Positions 1-10,420 of a stretch of 64,000 nucleotides of DNA are shown piece by piece (positions within the stretch are counted from its first letter, which is position 1; each line of letters opens with the position of its first letter). The translations under genes were made by a program, and so were the position numbers. The notes beneath the pieces were generated by a model. That model saw only the letters and a program-made list of their open reading frames with translations, was not told the origin of the DNA and ran no database searches. Source of the DNA: Patescibacteria group bacterium (GTDB lineage: Bacteria; Patescibacteriota; Patescibacteriia; JAXHNJ01); NCBI GenBank assembly GCA_034520665.1, contig JAXHNJ010000001.1:130579-194578 (forward strand). Reading direction: 5' to 3'.

Positions 1-2
1 TT

Positions 3-1388
3 CTAGAAGTTTCCGAAGATACTGTAGAGGTTAAGTCTACCAATGGTGATACTCATCTCGGCGGTGAAGACTTTGACCAGAAAATTATTGGATGGATGAT
101 AGAAGAGTTTAAAAAAGACCAGGGTATTGATTTATCAAATGACCAGATGGCTTTGCAGCGGCTTAAAGAAGCGGCTGAAAAGGCCAAGCATGAGCTTTCT
201 ACTACTCCGGAAACGGAAATAAATCAGCCCTTTATCACTACTGATTCATCCGGTCCTAAACATCTGCAGCTTAAATTAAGCCGGGCTAAACTGGAAGATC
301 TCACTCGTGATTTGGTGGAAAAAACTAAGGAACCGATGAAAAAAGCCTTAGAAGATGCCAACCTAAAAACTTCCGATATCAATGAAGTTATTTTAGTTGG
401 TGGACAAACCCGCATGCCTTTGGTCCAAAAAACTGTTGAAGAATTCTTTGGTAAAAAACCGAATATGAGTGTTAACCCGGACGAGGTAGTGGCCATTGGT
501 GCCGCTGTCCAGGCTGGTGTGCTTCAGGGTGATGTTAAAGATGTCTTATTGCTGGACGTGACTCCGCTCACTTTAGGTATTGAAACTTTAGGCGGCGTGA
601 TGACCCCTTTAATTGACAAAAACACCACTATTCCAGCCTCCAAGTCAAAAGTCTTTTCAACAGCCGCTGACAATCAAACTTCAGTGGAGATCCATGTACT
701 GCAGGGTGAACGACCGATGGCGGGTGATAATAAAACTTTAGGCCGCTTTATTCTATCCGGTATTCCGCCGGCTCCCCGAGGCGTGCCTCAGGTAGAAGTT
801 AGTTTTGACATCGACGCTAACGGTATTCTCAATGTCAAAGCAAAAGACAAAGCCACAAATAAAGAGCAGTCAATTACCATTACTGCCTCTACCCAACTTT
901 CTAAAGATGAGGTGGAGAAAATGAAACAGGAAGCCCAAAAACACGCTGAAGAAGATAAGAAAAAGAAAGAACTCATTGACCTGCAAAATCAGGCCCAAAG
1001 CTTAGTCTTCACGGCTGAAAAATCAATTAAAGACGCTGGAGATAAACTACCGGAAAAAGACAAAAAAGAAATTCAAGAAAAAATTGAAGCCTTAAACAAG
1101 GTCAAAGAATCGGATAAAAAAGACGAAATTAAAAAATCAATTGACGAATTAAATGAAGTCATTCAGAAAATTGGCCAGGCTATGTATGGACAGCAACAAG
1201 GACAACCAGGAGCTCAAGGCCAATCCGGAACTGGTCCACAGGGTCAACCTGGCACTGGTTCTCAAGGCCAAGCCGAAGCTCAAGGTGAAAAGGCCAAACA
1301 AGAAAAGGATAAAAAGCAGGAATCAGATAAACAGAAAAAAGACGGAGATGAAACTGTCGATGCTGATTATGAGGAAGTGAAGAAGTAA
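3..1388 (+). CDS. dnaK: Molecular chaperone DnaK (5' truncated by window edge)
   Basis: Frame is open from nt 3 ([25 protein letters not shown]). Motifs [37 protein letters not shown]; C-terminal DADYEEVKK. Confidence 0.98.
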   Translation, partial: LEVSEDTVEVKSTNGDTHLGGEDFDQKIIGWMIEEFKKDQGIDLSNDQMALQRLKEAAEKAKHELSTTPETEINQPFITTDSSGPKHLQLKLSRAKLEDLTRDLVEKTKEPMKKALEDANLKTSDINEVILVGGQTRMPLVQKTVEEFFGKKPNMSVNPDEVVAIGAAVQAGVLQGDVKDVLLLDVTPLTLGIETLGGVMTPLIDKNTTIPASKSKVFSTAADNQTSVEIHVLQGERPMAGDNKTLGRFILSGIPPAPRGVPQVEVSFDIDANGILNVKAKDKATNKEQSITITASTQLSKDEVEKMKQEAQKHAEEDKKKKELIDLQNQAQSLVFTAEKSIKDAGDKLPEKDKKEIQEKIEALNKVKESDKKDEIKKSIDELNEVIQKIGQAMYGQQQGQPGAQGQSGTGPQGQPGTGSQGQAEAQGEKAKQEKDKKQESDKQKKDGDETVDADYEEVKK

Positions 1389-1403
1389 TTAACGACTTAA
1401 ATA

Positions 1404-1426
1404 GGGCGGGGCCAACGGCCCCGCCC
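1404..1426 (+). terminator. GC-rich hairpin after dnaK
   Basis: GGGCGGGGCC-AAC-GGCCCCGCCC perfect 10-bp stem; no U-tract. Confidence 0.55.
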
Positions 1427-1476
1427 AAATATATAATTATAAAGAATGATAAAAATAATAACTGATAAAAATATAA

Positions 1477-1932
1477 ATGATTACATCAATTACCGCCCTT
1501 CATTTGAAGGAAAAAATTACTGATGCCGGGAAAAACTGGCACCACCATTGTTTGCCCAAGACTTGTTTTAAGAATAAAACTGGCCAAGATATAATATTGC
1601 TTGAGGTAGAAAATGGCGTATATTACTGCGAAAGCGATCGGGCCTTAAAAAAAGAGCTGGAAGAGATGGCTTTTCAGCAGGCTAAAGGAGATAATTATAA
1701 AGAGGGGGAGGTTGAACACAAAGCTCTGGACTTAGTCAAAGACTACACCAAGAAAAAAACCAAATGGCATTTTCATATTTGCTACCCGGACTGTTATTTA
1801 AATGATACAGATAAGTTTTTGCTGATTTTGGAAAATGATGAGAATAAAGAAATGAAAAAATGGGAATTTAAGGAAAAACCGGTGGCCCTTGCCCGGGCCA
1901 TTGATGATTATTATCTAGGGAGAAAAAAATAA
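1477..1932 (+). CDS. Hypothetical protein with duplicated WHxH-x5-C motif
   Basis: 151-aa ORF; WHHHCLPKTCFKN and WHFHICYPDCYLN. Confidence 0.75.
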   Translation: MITSITALHLKEKITDAGKNWHHHCLPKTCFKNKTGQDIILLEVENGVYYCESDRALKKELEEMAFQQAKGDNYKEGEVEHKALDLVKDYTKKKTKWHFHICYPDCYLNDTDKFLLILENDENKEMKKWEFKEKPVALARAIDDYYLGRKK

Positions 1933-2050
1933 TATACTATTCCCAAAAAATCACCCACAGAAGTCGTTGTGGTTTGAACCTGATCTTTAAAAATTAAAAT
2001 AAAAACCCCGCATAAAACGAGGTAAAGATCAAAAAAATTCAGCTCTTTTT

Positions 2051-2419
2051 TCAAAATTCATCGCAACAGTCAAAGCCGGCGTATAGCTTTATCATCTCAA
2101 TCATTATTTCAGTGCCGCTGTAGACTAAGAAGGTAATTAGCCAGAGAATAAAAAAGCTGAAGCAACCGCTAAGGGTATATATCTGGGGTTGCGGCCAGAG
2201 TAGTAAAGTAGTCGTCAGGACAAAAGAGTAGAAGAGAAATGTTGAAAAATGGTCTTCGAAAATAGCGATACTCCAGAGTGGTCCCAGAGAGAGGAAGGCC
2301 AAAAAGAAAAGCGGATTCACCGCTAGATTGAAAAAGCGGTAAACTAAGTAATAAGCGATGAGGAATAAACCGTAGACTGTTAGCTTCAGTAAAACACTAA
2401 AAGTTTTCAATATTATCAC
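2051..2419 (-). CDS. Hypothetical membrane protein
   Basis: 122-aa highly hydrophobic ORF directly downstream of the 2426-2768 frame set. Confidence 0.55.
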   Translation of the reverse strand: MIILKTFSVLLKLTVYGLFLIAYYLVYRFFNLAVNPLFFLAFLSLGPLWSIAIFEDHFSTFLFYSFVLTTTLLLWPQPQIYTLSGCFSFFILWLITFLVYSGTEIMIEMIKLYAGFDCCDEF

Positions 2420-2425
2420 ACTTCT

Positions 2426-2768
2426 TTATTTTTTAGCCTCTAATTCTTGATTTTTGAAAGCAATTATCATAACCTCTTTCAGGCAAAAGGTGAGCAGAAT
2501 ATTAATAATGAAAAGAATTAAATAGGTAGCGATAATGCTCTGGTAGCCGGAACGGCCCCAAATCGGGTTGAAATAAATAATCGGAAAAATAAATACAGCC
2601 AGATAATGCATAAAAGCTAATTTTTTTCCGATTAGCATTCGGCCAGCGTAAAAGCGATCATCGGTATCATAAAAGTCCAGGCCGGCACATTACTGGCATG
2701 ATGGTGCCAAGTTTGAGCGCCAATAATACCAATTAGCAGGCTAATACTAGGGTTAATCCGTACTTCAT
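2426..2768 (-). pseudogene. Probable frameshifted membrane-protein gene (only 2426-2638 called as an ORF)
   Basis: GAGGTG-spaced ATG at 2768 gives MKYGLTLVLAC*. The -1 frame continues LLIGIIGAQTWHHH...LAEC*, and a second -1 frame is the 70-aa ORF. Confidence 0.45.
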
Positions 2769-2862
2769 TTTACACCTCATTTTTAAAGAGCCAATCATTA
2801 ACTAGTTAATTAAAGTATCAATGATTTGAGTTTATATCAATTTTTAAGGTAAAATAAAGCTA

Positions 2863-3585
2863 ATGAAACACCTTATTATTATCACTTCATATCGAGCACC
2901 AAAATTGATTAAAAAATGTTTGGATAATCTCGTCCTAACGACTAATTTAAATAGTAACAAAATTGTTTTAGTTGATGACGCTAGTGATTTTAAAACTACC
3001 AAAATATTGAAAAAACTGGAAGAAAAATATCCGCAGATAAATTTTGTTTATAATAAAAAAAATATATCCAAACCTTGTTCAGTGAATAATGTTTTAAGAA
3101 AAAATTCTAATATGGATTACTATACTATTCTTGACCAGGATGTTTTTATAAAAACTAAAAACTGGGATAAAATTTTATTTAAAGCTCATCAAGTTTTTAA
3201 AGATAAAGCTATCCTGGGAGTCTTTACCCAGGAAAAAGGTTATTCTTTTCAAAAAGGTGGGTTTAATTTTATGGATCCTTATCCTTTCTGGACTTTAGCT
3301 GGGCGTTTTTTCTCATTTTCTAAAAAAATTTTTAGTAAATTAGGATACTTATATGATAAGAGTTATCGTCATGAAGATAGAGAATATTGTTTTCGCGCTT
3401 ATTTGGCTGGTTTTAGATGGTATTACTTGAGAGATATTAAAGCTAGTACGGTTATCCATTCTTTAACCAAAAGAAGAAAATTTGAATTAAAACGAGGCGA
3501 AAAAGAGGAAAAGATTATTCAAAAGAAGAGAAACCAGTATTTAATGCTTACTCATGATATTTATTATTCTCCCTTTAAAAAATAA
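2863..3585 (+). CDS. Glycosyltransferase family 2
   Basis: IVLVDDASD, LDQD (DxD) and HEDREYCFR motifs. Confidence 0.88.
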   Translation: MKHLIIITSYRAPKLIKKCLDNLVLTTNLNSNKIVLVDDASDFKTTKILKKLEEKYPQINFVYNKKNISKPCSVNNVLRKNSNMDYYTILDQDVFIKTKNWDKILFKAHQVFKDKAILGVFTQEKGYSFQKGGFNFMDPYPFWTLAGRFFSFSKKIFSKLGYLYDKSYRHEDREYCFRAYLAGFRWYYLRDIKASTVIHSLTKRRKFELKRGEKEEKIIQKKRNQYLMLTHDIYYSPFKK

Positions 3586-3614
3586 AAATTTATTATAATT
3601 AATCTTTAAGAACT

Positions 3615-3911
3615 ATGAATCAAAATCAAGCCCAAGGGCAAAAAGTTAATCTCAAAGCCACAGATGAAATCTTAAAAGGCCATTATGCTAATAATCTGAT
3701 GGCGGCACACTCTAAAGAAGAATTTGTTTTGGATTTTATTAATCTTTTTCCGCCACAGGGGCAATTAGTCTCGCGGATAGTTACTTCACCCGGTCATTTA
3801 AAAAGAATTGTCAATGCTTTAACTCAAAATCTGAAAAAGTACGAGGAAAAATTTGGCGAAATTAAACAGGCTGAAAATCCACAAAAGCAGGATATTGGTT
3901 TTAAAGGCTAA
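3615..3911 (+). CDS. DUF3467-family protein
   Basis: YANN...HSKEEFVLDF...RIVTSPGHLKR...YEEKFGEI pattern. Confidence 0.8.
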   Translation: MNQNQAQGQKVNLKATDEILKGHYANNLMAAHSKEEFVLDFINLFPPQGQLVSRIVTSPGHLKRIVNALTQNLKKYEEKFGEIKQAENPQKQDIGFKG

Positions 3912-4001
3912 ATAAAAACTTTCCATATATAAATGGAAAGCTGTGAAAAAATAAGGCCCTGGTTTTGTTTCCAGAGCCAAGGGAGGGAAGACCTATGCGC
4001 T

Positions 4002-4232
4002 TTAGTGTATTATTATATAAGTTATAAAAGAGGCTAATATAATAAAACCCATCATAACTAAAAGGAACTTATCAGCAAAATCTAAAGGCCGGTGATTCAT
4101 TCTTTCCATAATATATTCATATTCCCAAGATTCAGGAATAATCCCCAAATAGTTATTGTTTCTATCTCTGGCCATTTCTCTTATCAGCCTCTCTTTAAAG
4201 GAACCTCTGTTTAGCAGTTTTGACAATAACAT
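4002..4232 (-). CDS. Small protein with C-terminal TM helix
   Basis: 76 aa; AGGAGG Shine-Dalgarno at 4239-4244. Confidence 0.6.
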   Translation of the reverse strand: MLLSKLLNRGSFKERLIREMARDRNNNYLGIIPESWEYEYIMERMNHRPLDFADKFLLVMMGFIILASFITYIIIH

Positions 4233-4361
4233 TTATAACCTCCTTTTAAAAGTGCGGAAAAAATTAACAATTTAATTTACCATAAAATATAATATATGTC
4301 AAACCAAGATCTTGAAAAATAAGGCAATTTTTGCTAAAATTCATTTATTAAAACCAAATAT

Positions 4362-5555
4362 ATGAAATATAAAAATAAACCCAAAATAGATAAAATAAAA
4401 GATAAAGTAAAACCGAAAAAAGAAATTTCCCGGAAACAAAAGATTAAAATCTTGGCTATGAGCATAGTTACTTTTGGTGGGGGGCTTTTATCTTGGTATG
4501 CTCTTTTCCGAGTTTTAAAAAATGGTATTCGTCTGGAAAGTGGCCAAGTTATTTCTTCTTTAGTTACTTTACTTTTTCCGGTTTTATCATTTTGTTTATG
4601 GGTGGCTTTGGTTGGTTTAGTAGCTGTTTTTGTCAACAAAAAATGGTTGCGAAATTTAACCTATTTTCTTTCAGTGGCTTTAGTTTTTATATTTTTTGGA
4701 ATATCTATTTATACCTTTTTAGTTTTTATTTTTATTAGTCTTGGTTTTCTTTTCTTTGCCAGGGGAGTGCGAAAAGAAAGAGATGATCGTATAAAATTTC
4801 ATATATTAAACTGTATCAAGGTTCATTTATTGTTTACTTTTTTAATTTGTGTTCTAGGTGTTTCCATACTTTTTTATGCTCAGCTGGTCGGTCAGGAGAG
4901 AAGCGATGATGAAAAAATCAGCTCTATTTTGGCCGGCAATTTGGCTAATATTGTTAATTTGGTTTTAGAAAGTCAGTTTGAAACTTATAATCCGGATATG
5001 ACTTTAGACGAATTTATTTTGACTGGAGCCGAAAGTTTTGTAGAAAATATTGGGTCGCAGATCGGAGATGAGGTTAAAGTTGAGGAAAGTTTTCAACAGC
5101 AAGAATTACAGGAAGAGATTCAAAGAGCTATTGATTCGGGGCAGATTAAAAGAGAAAAAATTCCGCCCGAGATTTTAAAGAAAATAGATGAAGGTCGTCT
5201 TGAAACCAAAGACATTGTTGAAGCTGAATTAACCGGTTTATTTACTGAAGAGTTAAGTCAGGCCCGGGACGATTTTCTGAAACAAATGGGTATTGAAGCT
5301 TCCGGGGACGAAAAAATTGGTTCAGTTATAAAAAAAATAGTATCGGTCAAACTTGATGAAGGTATGGCTTCTTATGAAAATATTATTCCTCCAGTATTGG
5401 CAGTGACTTTATTTATTAGTCTGGCTATTTTCAATTATTTTTACAGTCTATTGGCGGCTATTTTTGCTCTAGTTATTTATATGATACTATTTTTAACCGG
5501 TTTTGTGGCTATCAGAAAAGAGAACCGAGAAGTAGAAGTAGCTGAGTTGTCTTGA
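4362..5555 (+). CDS. Hypothetical polytopic membrane protein with acidic extracytoplasmic domain
   Basis: 397 aa, about 5 N-terminal TMs plus C-terminal TM(s); 13 nt upstream of dnaJ. Confidence 0.8.
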   Translation: MKYKNKPKIDKIKDKVKPKKEISRKQKIKILAMSIVTFGGGLLSWYALFRVLKNGIRLESGQVISSLVTLLFPVLSFCLWVALVGLVAVFVNKKWLRNLTYFLSVALVFIFFGISIYTFLVFIFISLGFLFFARGVRKERDDRIKFHILNCIKVHLLFTFLICVLGVSILFYAQLVGQERSDDEKISSILAGNLANIVNLVLESQFETYNPDMTLDEFILTGAESFVENIGSQIGDEVKVEESFQQQELQEEIQRAIDSGQIKREKIPPEILKKIDEGRLETKDIVEAELTGLFTEELSQARDDFLKQMGIEASGDEKIGSVIKKIVSVKLDEGMASYENIIPPVLAVTLFISLAIFNYFYSLLAAIFALVIYMILFLTGFVAIRKENREVEVAELS

Positions 5556-5568
5556 AAATTTAAATATT

Positions 5569-6711
5569 ATGTCTAAGGATTACTATAATATACTCGGCGT
5601 TGGTAAAGACGCTGATGAAAATGAAATAAAAAAAGCTTATCGTAAGCTAGCCCATAAATACCATCCTGATAAAAAAGGCGGTGATGAAGCTAAATTTAAG
5701 GAAATTAATCAAGCCTATCAGGTTTTAAGCAATAAAGAAAAAAGGGCCCAGTATGATCAATATGGCTCTACTTTTGAAGACGCCGCTTCCGGCGGTGCTA
5801 GAGGCGGGTTTAATTGGCAGGACTTTGCTCGTCAAGCTGGCGGTTTTTCCTCTTCGGACTTTTATCGGCAGAGCCAGGGGACCGGAAGAGGACAGTATCA
5901 AGATTTCGATTTTGGTGATTTAGGTGATATTTTCGGGGATATTTTTGGCTTTGGCGGCCGTTCTTCGCAAAGGCAAAGTCGTCGAGGTCGGGCCCGCGAT
6001 ATAGAAGCATCTATGAATGTAGATTTTATGGAAGCTGTTTTTGGCGCCGAAAAATTTATTACCCTGGACAAAAATGTCCGTTGTGAGAAGTGTCAGGGCA
6101 GTGGAGCCGAACCTGGTAGTAAAATAGAAACCTGTAAAACTTGTGGTGGCTCTGGCCAGGTGCAAAGAATACAAAATACTTTTTTAGGTCAAATGAGAAC
6201 AGCTGGTGTTTGTCCCGATTGTCAGGGGCAGGGCCAAAAGCCTGGCAAAAAATGTTCTCAGTGTGGCGGCCAAGGAATAGTTAAAGAGAGAAAAGAAATA
6301 AAAGTGAAAATACCAGCTGGTATTGATACCGGTCAGGCTATTCGTTTAGCTGGTCAGGGCGAAGCCGCGCCAAGAGGCAGACAAAATAGTGATTTATATA
6401 TTAGGATAAAAGTTAACCCGGATTCTCGCTTTGAACGCCGTGATTTTGATATTTACAGTAACTTAGAAATTTCTTTTTCTGAAGCGGCCTTAGGCACTAA
6501 AAAGCCTGTAGAAACTGTCGATGGAGAGGTTTCTTTAAAAATTCCTTCAGGGGTGCAGACTGGAAAAATGTTAAGATTAAAAAATAAGGGAGTGCCACGC
6601 CTTAAAGCCGGTGGCCGGGGCGATCATTATGTAAAAATAATAGTTAAGACACCCGGGCGGTTAAATCGTAAACAAAAGAAAATATTTAAGGAATTAGCTG
6701 AAGAAGAGTAA
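5569..6711 (+). CDS. dnaJ: Chaperone DnaJ
   Basis: J domain with HPD, G/F region and four CxxCxGxG repeats. Confidence 0.98.
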   Translation: MSKDYYNILGVGKDADENEIKKAYRKLAHKYHPDKKGGDEAKFKEINQAYQVLSNKEKRAQYDQYGSTFEDAASGGARGGFNWQDFARQAGGFSSSDFYRQSQGTGRGQYQDFDFGDLGDIFGDIFGFGGRSSQRQSRRGRARDIEASMNVDFMEAVFGAEKFITLDKNVRCEKCQGSGAEPGSKIETCKTCGGSGQVQRIQNTFLGQMRTAGVCPDCQGQGQKPGKKCSQCGGQGIVKERKEIKVKIPAGIDTGQAIRLAGQGEAAPRGRQNSDLYIRIKVNPDSRFERRDFDIYSNLEISFSEAALGTKKPVETVDGEVSLKIPSGVQTGKMLRLKNKGVPRLKAGGRGDHYVKIIVKTPGRLNRKQKKIFKELAEEE

Positions 6712-6782
6712 GTAGTCTGTTATTTTTGATTTTTTCGTAAATTTATGCTATAATATAGATATAAAAATAAAAAACAAAAAGT

Positions 6783-7346
6783 ATGGCAATATTTTTTGGC
6801 AGTGTGGTGGCTAATGCCACTAATTCAGCTACTACCTATGTATCTAATATAAACTGGGCTGAACCGACCTGGGACTTATTTATAGTCTTGTTTTTTATTA
6901 TTGCCGGTTTTCTTTACGGCATGTCCTTAGGTAAGGATAGGATTATTATTATAATAATTTCTATTTATATGTCTCTGGCTGTGGTTAATACGCCGCCAGT
7001 GATGGATGTGATGAAAGAGATGTTTGCCGTTAAAATGTCTACTTTCTTAGTTATTTTTATTTTATTATTTTTCTTTCTTTCCCGTTCAGCCTTACTTAAG
7101 GCTTTGAGCAATACGGATAGCCGCGGTAGCTGGTGGCAGGTTATTCTTTTTAGTATTTTACATGTTGGTCTTTTGGTTAGTATTACCCTTTCCTTTTTAC
7201 CACCTGAGTCTTTAGAACAGCTATCACCCTTAACCAAAACTTTATTTGCCGGCGACTACGCTCGTTTTGGCTGGATAGTGGCCCCGATTGTTATGATGAT
7301 ATTGATTAAAGGGGATTCAAAAAAGAAAATTAAATACGATTTATAA
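6783..7346 (+). CDS. Hypothetical membrane protein (possibly CvpA-like)
   Basis: 187 aa, 4-5 TM segments. Confidence 0.7.
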   Translation: MAIFFGSVVANATNSATTYVSNINWAEPTWDLFIVLFFIIAGFLYGMSLGKDRIIIIIISIYMSLAVVNTPPVMDVMKEMFAVKMSTFLVIFILLFFFLSRSALLKALSNTDSRGSWWQVILFSILHVGLLVSITLSFLPPESLEQLSPLTKTLFAGDYARFGWIVAPIVMMILIKGDSKKKIKYDL

Positions 7347-7598
7347 ATATATACTGATTTAAAACAGCTATTTTTTTAAAAGGGAGTTTTTTTTAACCTC
7401 TTTTGTATTCTCCTAGAATAGGCGGTTAAGTGGTTAGGCTTAGAACTTGTTTTTTTTAGACTTGACAAGGTTTATCTCTTATGATAATATTCTTAGTTGT
7501 TCCAAAAGAGAACAGTCTTGAATATGACTAAATTCGATATTGAATAGCACCTTATATTAGATATTATTTATAATATCAATACACCAAGAGGGGAGAAA

Positions 7599-7892
7599 AT
7601 GAACATTAAGAGATTGTATTATGCCTTATATGATTTAAAAAATCAGATTATAGTTTACGGATATATTTCATCGCCTAAAAATAGTATTGAAATAACTGAT
7701 AAAATAAAAACTCTGATTGCTAATAACCCCAATTTTAAAATCAGTAAAGAATCATCCAAAGTTTTCATCAAACTTAAAAGAATAAATAATCCTGAGAAGT
7801 TTATCCGTAATAGACTAAATTTACCTGACGACTTAGTACAAGCGCAGGTTAAAAAAATTCATCTCAATAATATAACAAGCTCCTATTATTAA
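7599..7892 (+). CDS. Hypothetical protein
   Basis: 97 aa; purine-rich SD (GAGGGGAG) and TTGACA upstream at 7462. Confidence 0.55.
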   Translation: MNIKRLYYALYDLKNQIIVYGYISSPKNSIEITDKIKTLIANNPNFKISKESSKVFIKLKRINNPEKFIRNRLNLPDDLVQAQVKKIHLNNITSSYY

Positions 7893-8857
7893 AAGGAGCT
7901 TTTTTTTATTTTTTTAATTATTGTTTTGATTTCTTCAATATGGCTGGTTTGAACCAGTTCTTTTCTGTATTTAGAAGCGCCTGGAAAACCGCTGATATAC
8001 CAGGCTAGGTGCTTTCTTAGCTCAATCAAACCATGGTCTTTTTTTGTTTTATAGACCAGCCGGGCGTGCTGAAGTATTACTTTTTTTATTTGCGGCCAGG
8101 TGAATTCTTTGTATTCATTCTTTTTAAGATAATCTTTTATTTGCTGAAAAAGCCAGGGTTTTCCTCGTACACTACGAGCTAATCCTAAGCCATGACAGCC
8201 GGTTTTATCTAGCATTTCTTTGGCTTTTTCAGGGCTGTCAATACCGCCATTGCCTAAAACAGGAATATTGACCAGTCTTTTAATTTTTTTAATCATCTCA
8301 AAGTTAACCGGACCAGAAAAAGGTTTTTCATAAGAACGTGCGTGAATCATAATGGCGGATAAGGGCAGTTTTTTTACCTTTTTGATTAGATCTACACCAG
8401 TTATTTTTTTTGCTTTATAATTAATAGATGATCTTATTTTTATTGATACTGGTAAGCTCGTGCCTTTAAGTGTATTTTCAATAATTTGATAACATTTATC
8501 TAAATCTCTCATTAAAGATACCCCGCCGCCGTGGCGGGTTACTTTCTTAGCCGGACAGCCAAAGTTTATATCGATGCCGCTGGCTCCTGATTTTTCCCCT
8601 AAGGAAGCGGCTTTGGTAAATTTTTCCGGGCGTTTACCAAAAAGCTGAATGACAAGGGACTTTTCTTTTTTATTCGAATTTAGTAAGTCTAAAGTTTTTT
8701 TACTCTCATAAAAAAGCCCGTCAGCTGAAGTCATTTCCGAATACAAAACATCAGCGCCGTATTTTTGACAAAGCTGCCTAAAGGCTGAGTCAGTAATACC
8801 GGCCATAGGAGCCAGAGCCAAAATAGGCTTATTTATTTTTTGCCAGAAGTTTTTCAT
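7889..8857 (-). CDS. dusB: tRNA-dihydrouridine synthase
   Basis: LAPMAGITD, IDINFGCP, IHAR, GNGGI motifs. Confidence 0.93.
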   Translation of the reverse strand: MKNFWQKINKPILALAPMAGITDSAFRQLCQKYGADVLYSEMTSADGLFYESKKTLDLLNSNKKEKSLVIQLFGKRPEKFTKAASLGEKSGASGIDINFGCPAKKVTRHGGGVSLMRDLDKCYQIIENTLKGTSLPVSIKIRSSINYKAKKITGVDLIKKVKKLPLSAIMIHARSYEKPFSGPVNFEMIKKIKRLVNIPVLGNGGIDSPEKAKEMLDKTGCHGLGLARSVRGKPWLFQQIKDYLKKNEYKEFTWPQIKKVILQHARLVYKTKKDHGLIELRKHLAWYISGFPGASKYRKELVQTSHIEEIKTIIKKIKKSSF

Positions 8858-8988
8858 TATAGATTTATATTACTTTAAATTTTAAGTATTTACAAATAGA
8901 AAAAGACCCCCTCCCTCAGTAGTGGAAGGGGGCTGATTAATTGAGCAGTAAAATTTTGTTACTCAATGTTTGGAAGCAAAAGAACGAT

Positions 8989-9171
8989 TTAAACTAATCC
9001 CACCATAGCCACTAAGAAAAGGCTGAGACAAGAAACCATAGTACTGGCTAAACAGATACCGCCGGCAATTTCACCGAGGACGTGTCTGTCTTTTTGGCAC
9101 TCCATGCCTTCAGGAGTTTCTTGTTCAGGAGTGTTTTCTTCGCCTTGGGGATCTTCTTTGATTTTTGACAT
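8989..9171 (-). CDS. Small protein, acidic N-terminus plus C-terminal TM
   Basis: 60 aa; followed by a hairpin near 8905-8932. Confidence 0.45.
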   Translation of the reverse strand: MSKIKEDPQGEENTPEQETPEGMECQKDRHVLGEIAGGICLASTMVSCLSLFLVAMVGLV

Positions 9172-9242
9172 AATTTTTTCCTTTTTGTTTTTGTTTTTTT
9201 TTCGAGCTGAGCTCGATTTTCGACCTTTTATTATCCTAAATA

Positions 9243-10187
9243 TTAGGAATTATCAATTAATTCTGAATTCTCGTCATCGGACCAGTCTTTAAGAGTGGCT
9301 TCTACATAATTTTTAGTAACAACTGGTTTTTTGGTATTAAATTTTTCCGGGTGCTTAATAAATTCTATTCTTACCTTGGCGGCGGTTTCGTCCATAAGGT
9401 CAATAGCTTTGTCAGGAAAACATCTGTCTTTTAGACGTTTATTAGAAAGCATAACACAAGCCGCTAAAGCCTCGTCAGAAATTTTAACACTGTGGTGTTT
9501 TTGGTAGCGGTGGCGCAATCCTTTTAATATTTCCAGGGTTTGATCGCCGCCGGGCTCTTCAATATAGACTGGCTGGAAACGCCTTTCTAAGGTTCGGTCA
9601 TGAGCAATAGATTTTTGGTAATCCTGACGGGTAGTAGCGCCAATAGCTTGCAGCTGTCCACGAGCCAGAGCTGGCTTTAAAATATCAGCGGCGTCAATAG
9701 CGCCAGTAGCTTCACCAGCCTCAGCTAAAGAATGTAATTCATCAATAAATATTATAATATTTCTTTTGGAAGCGATTATTTCGTCAACAATCATTTTTAA
9801 TCTTTTTTCAAATTCACCGCGATATTTAGTACCGGCTACTAAGCCAGACAAATCCAGAGCTAAAACTTTTTTATTGAGTAGGGGACGGGGGATTTGACCT
9901 TTAACAATTTCATTAGCCAATTCTTCAACAATAGCAGTTTTACCGACTCCTGATTTGCCAATTAAAACCGGATTGTTTTTAGTTCGTCTGGTTAAAACTT
10001 GAATAACTCTTTCAATTTCATGGGTTCTTCCAATGACTGGATCAAGTTTTCCAGCTTTAGCTAGAGCGGTTAAATCTTTAGAATAAAGATCCAGAGTATT
10101 GGTTTTAGCTATAGTTTTTTGGCTCCTGTAATAAATAAAAATTACTAAGCCGACAGCCAGAAATCCGATTATATAATAATGGTTCAT
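9243..10187 (-). CDS. Clp/Hsp100 NBD1-only AAA+ ATPase with N-terminal membrane anchor
   Basis: LDPVIGR, Walker A GKSGVGKT, pore loop KYRGEFE, Walker [24 protein letters not shown]. Residues 5-20 are hydrophobic; no M-domain or NBD2. Confidence 0.9.
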   Translation of the reverse strand: MNHYYIIGFLAVGLVIFIYYRSQKTIAKTNTLDLYSKDLTALAKAGKLDPVIGRTHEIERVIQVLTRRTKNNPVLIGKSGVGKTAIVEELANEIVKGQIPRPLLNKKVLALDLSGLVAGTKYRGEFEKRLKMIVDEIIASKRNIIIFIDELHSLAEAGEATGAIDAADILKPALARGQLQAIGATTRQDYQKSIAHDRTLERRFQPVYIEEPGGDQTLEILKGLRHRYQKHHSVKISDEALAACVMLSNKRLKDRCFPDKAIDLMDETAAKVRIEFIKHPEKFNTKKPVVTKNYVEATLKDWSDDENSELIDNS

Positions 10188-10209
10188 TTGAAATTTTAAA
10201 AATTAATTA

Positions 10210-10413
10210 TTATTTAGTAATTTGATTAACAGTTGTTTGATTTGTGTTTTCCGTTAAATTCGTATCAGTATAAATTCTAGGCAAAACAAAAGTGTAAAAA
10301 GCGGAGAAAAAAGTTAATCCAAGAGTAATAACACCAACACTCACAAAATAGATAACAGAAACTTTTTCGGCCAGTGATTGTTTAGTAATGATTTGAGTTT
10401 TTTCTTTTTTCAT
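10210..10413 (-). CDS. Small single-pass membrane protein
   Basis: 67 aa, tightly spaced between corA and the Clp-like ATPase. Confidence 0.65.
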   Translation of the reverse strand: MKKEKTQIITKQSLAEKVSVIYFVSVGVITLGLTFFSAFYTFVLPRIYTDTNLTENTNQTTVNQITK

Positions 10414-10420
10414 AAATTTT

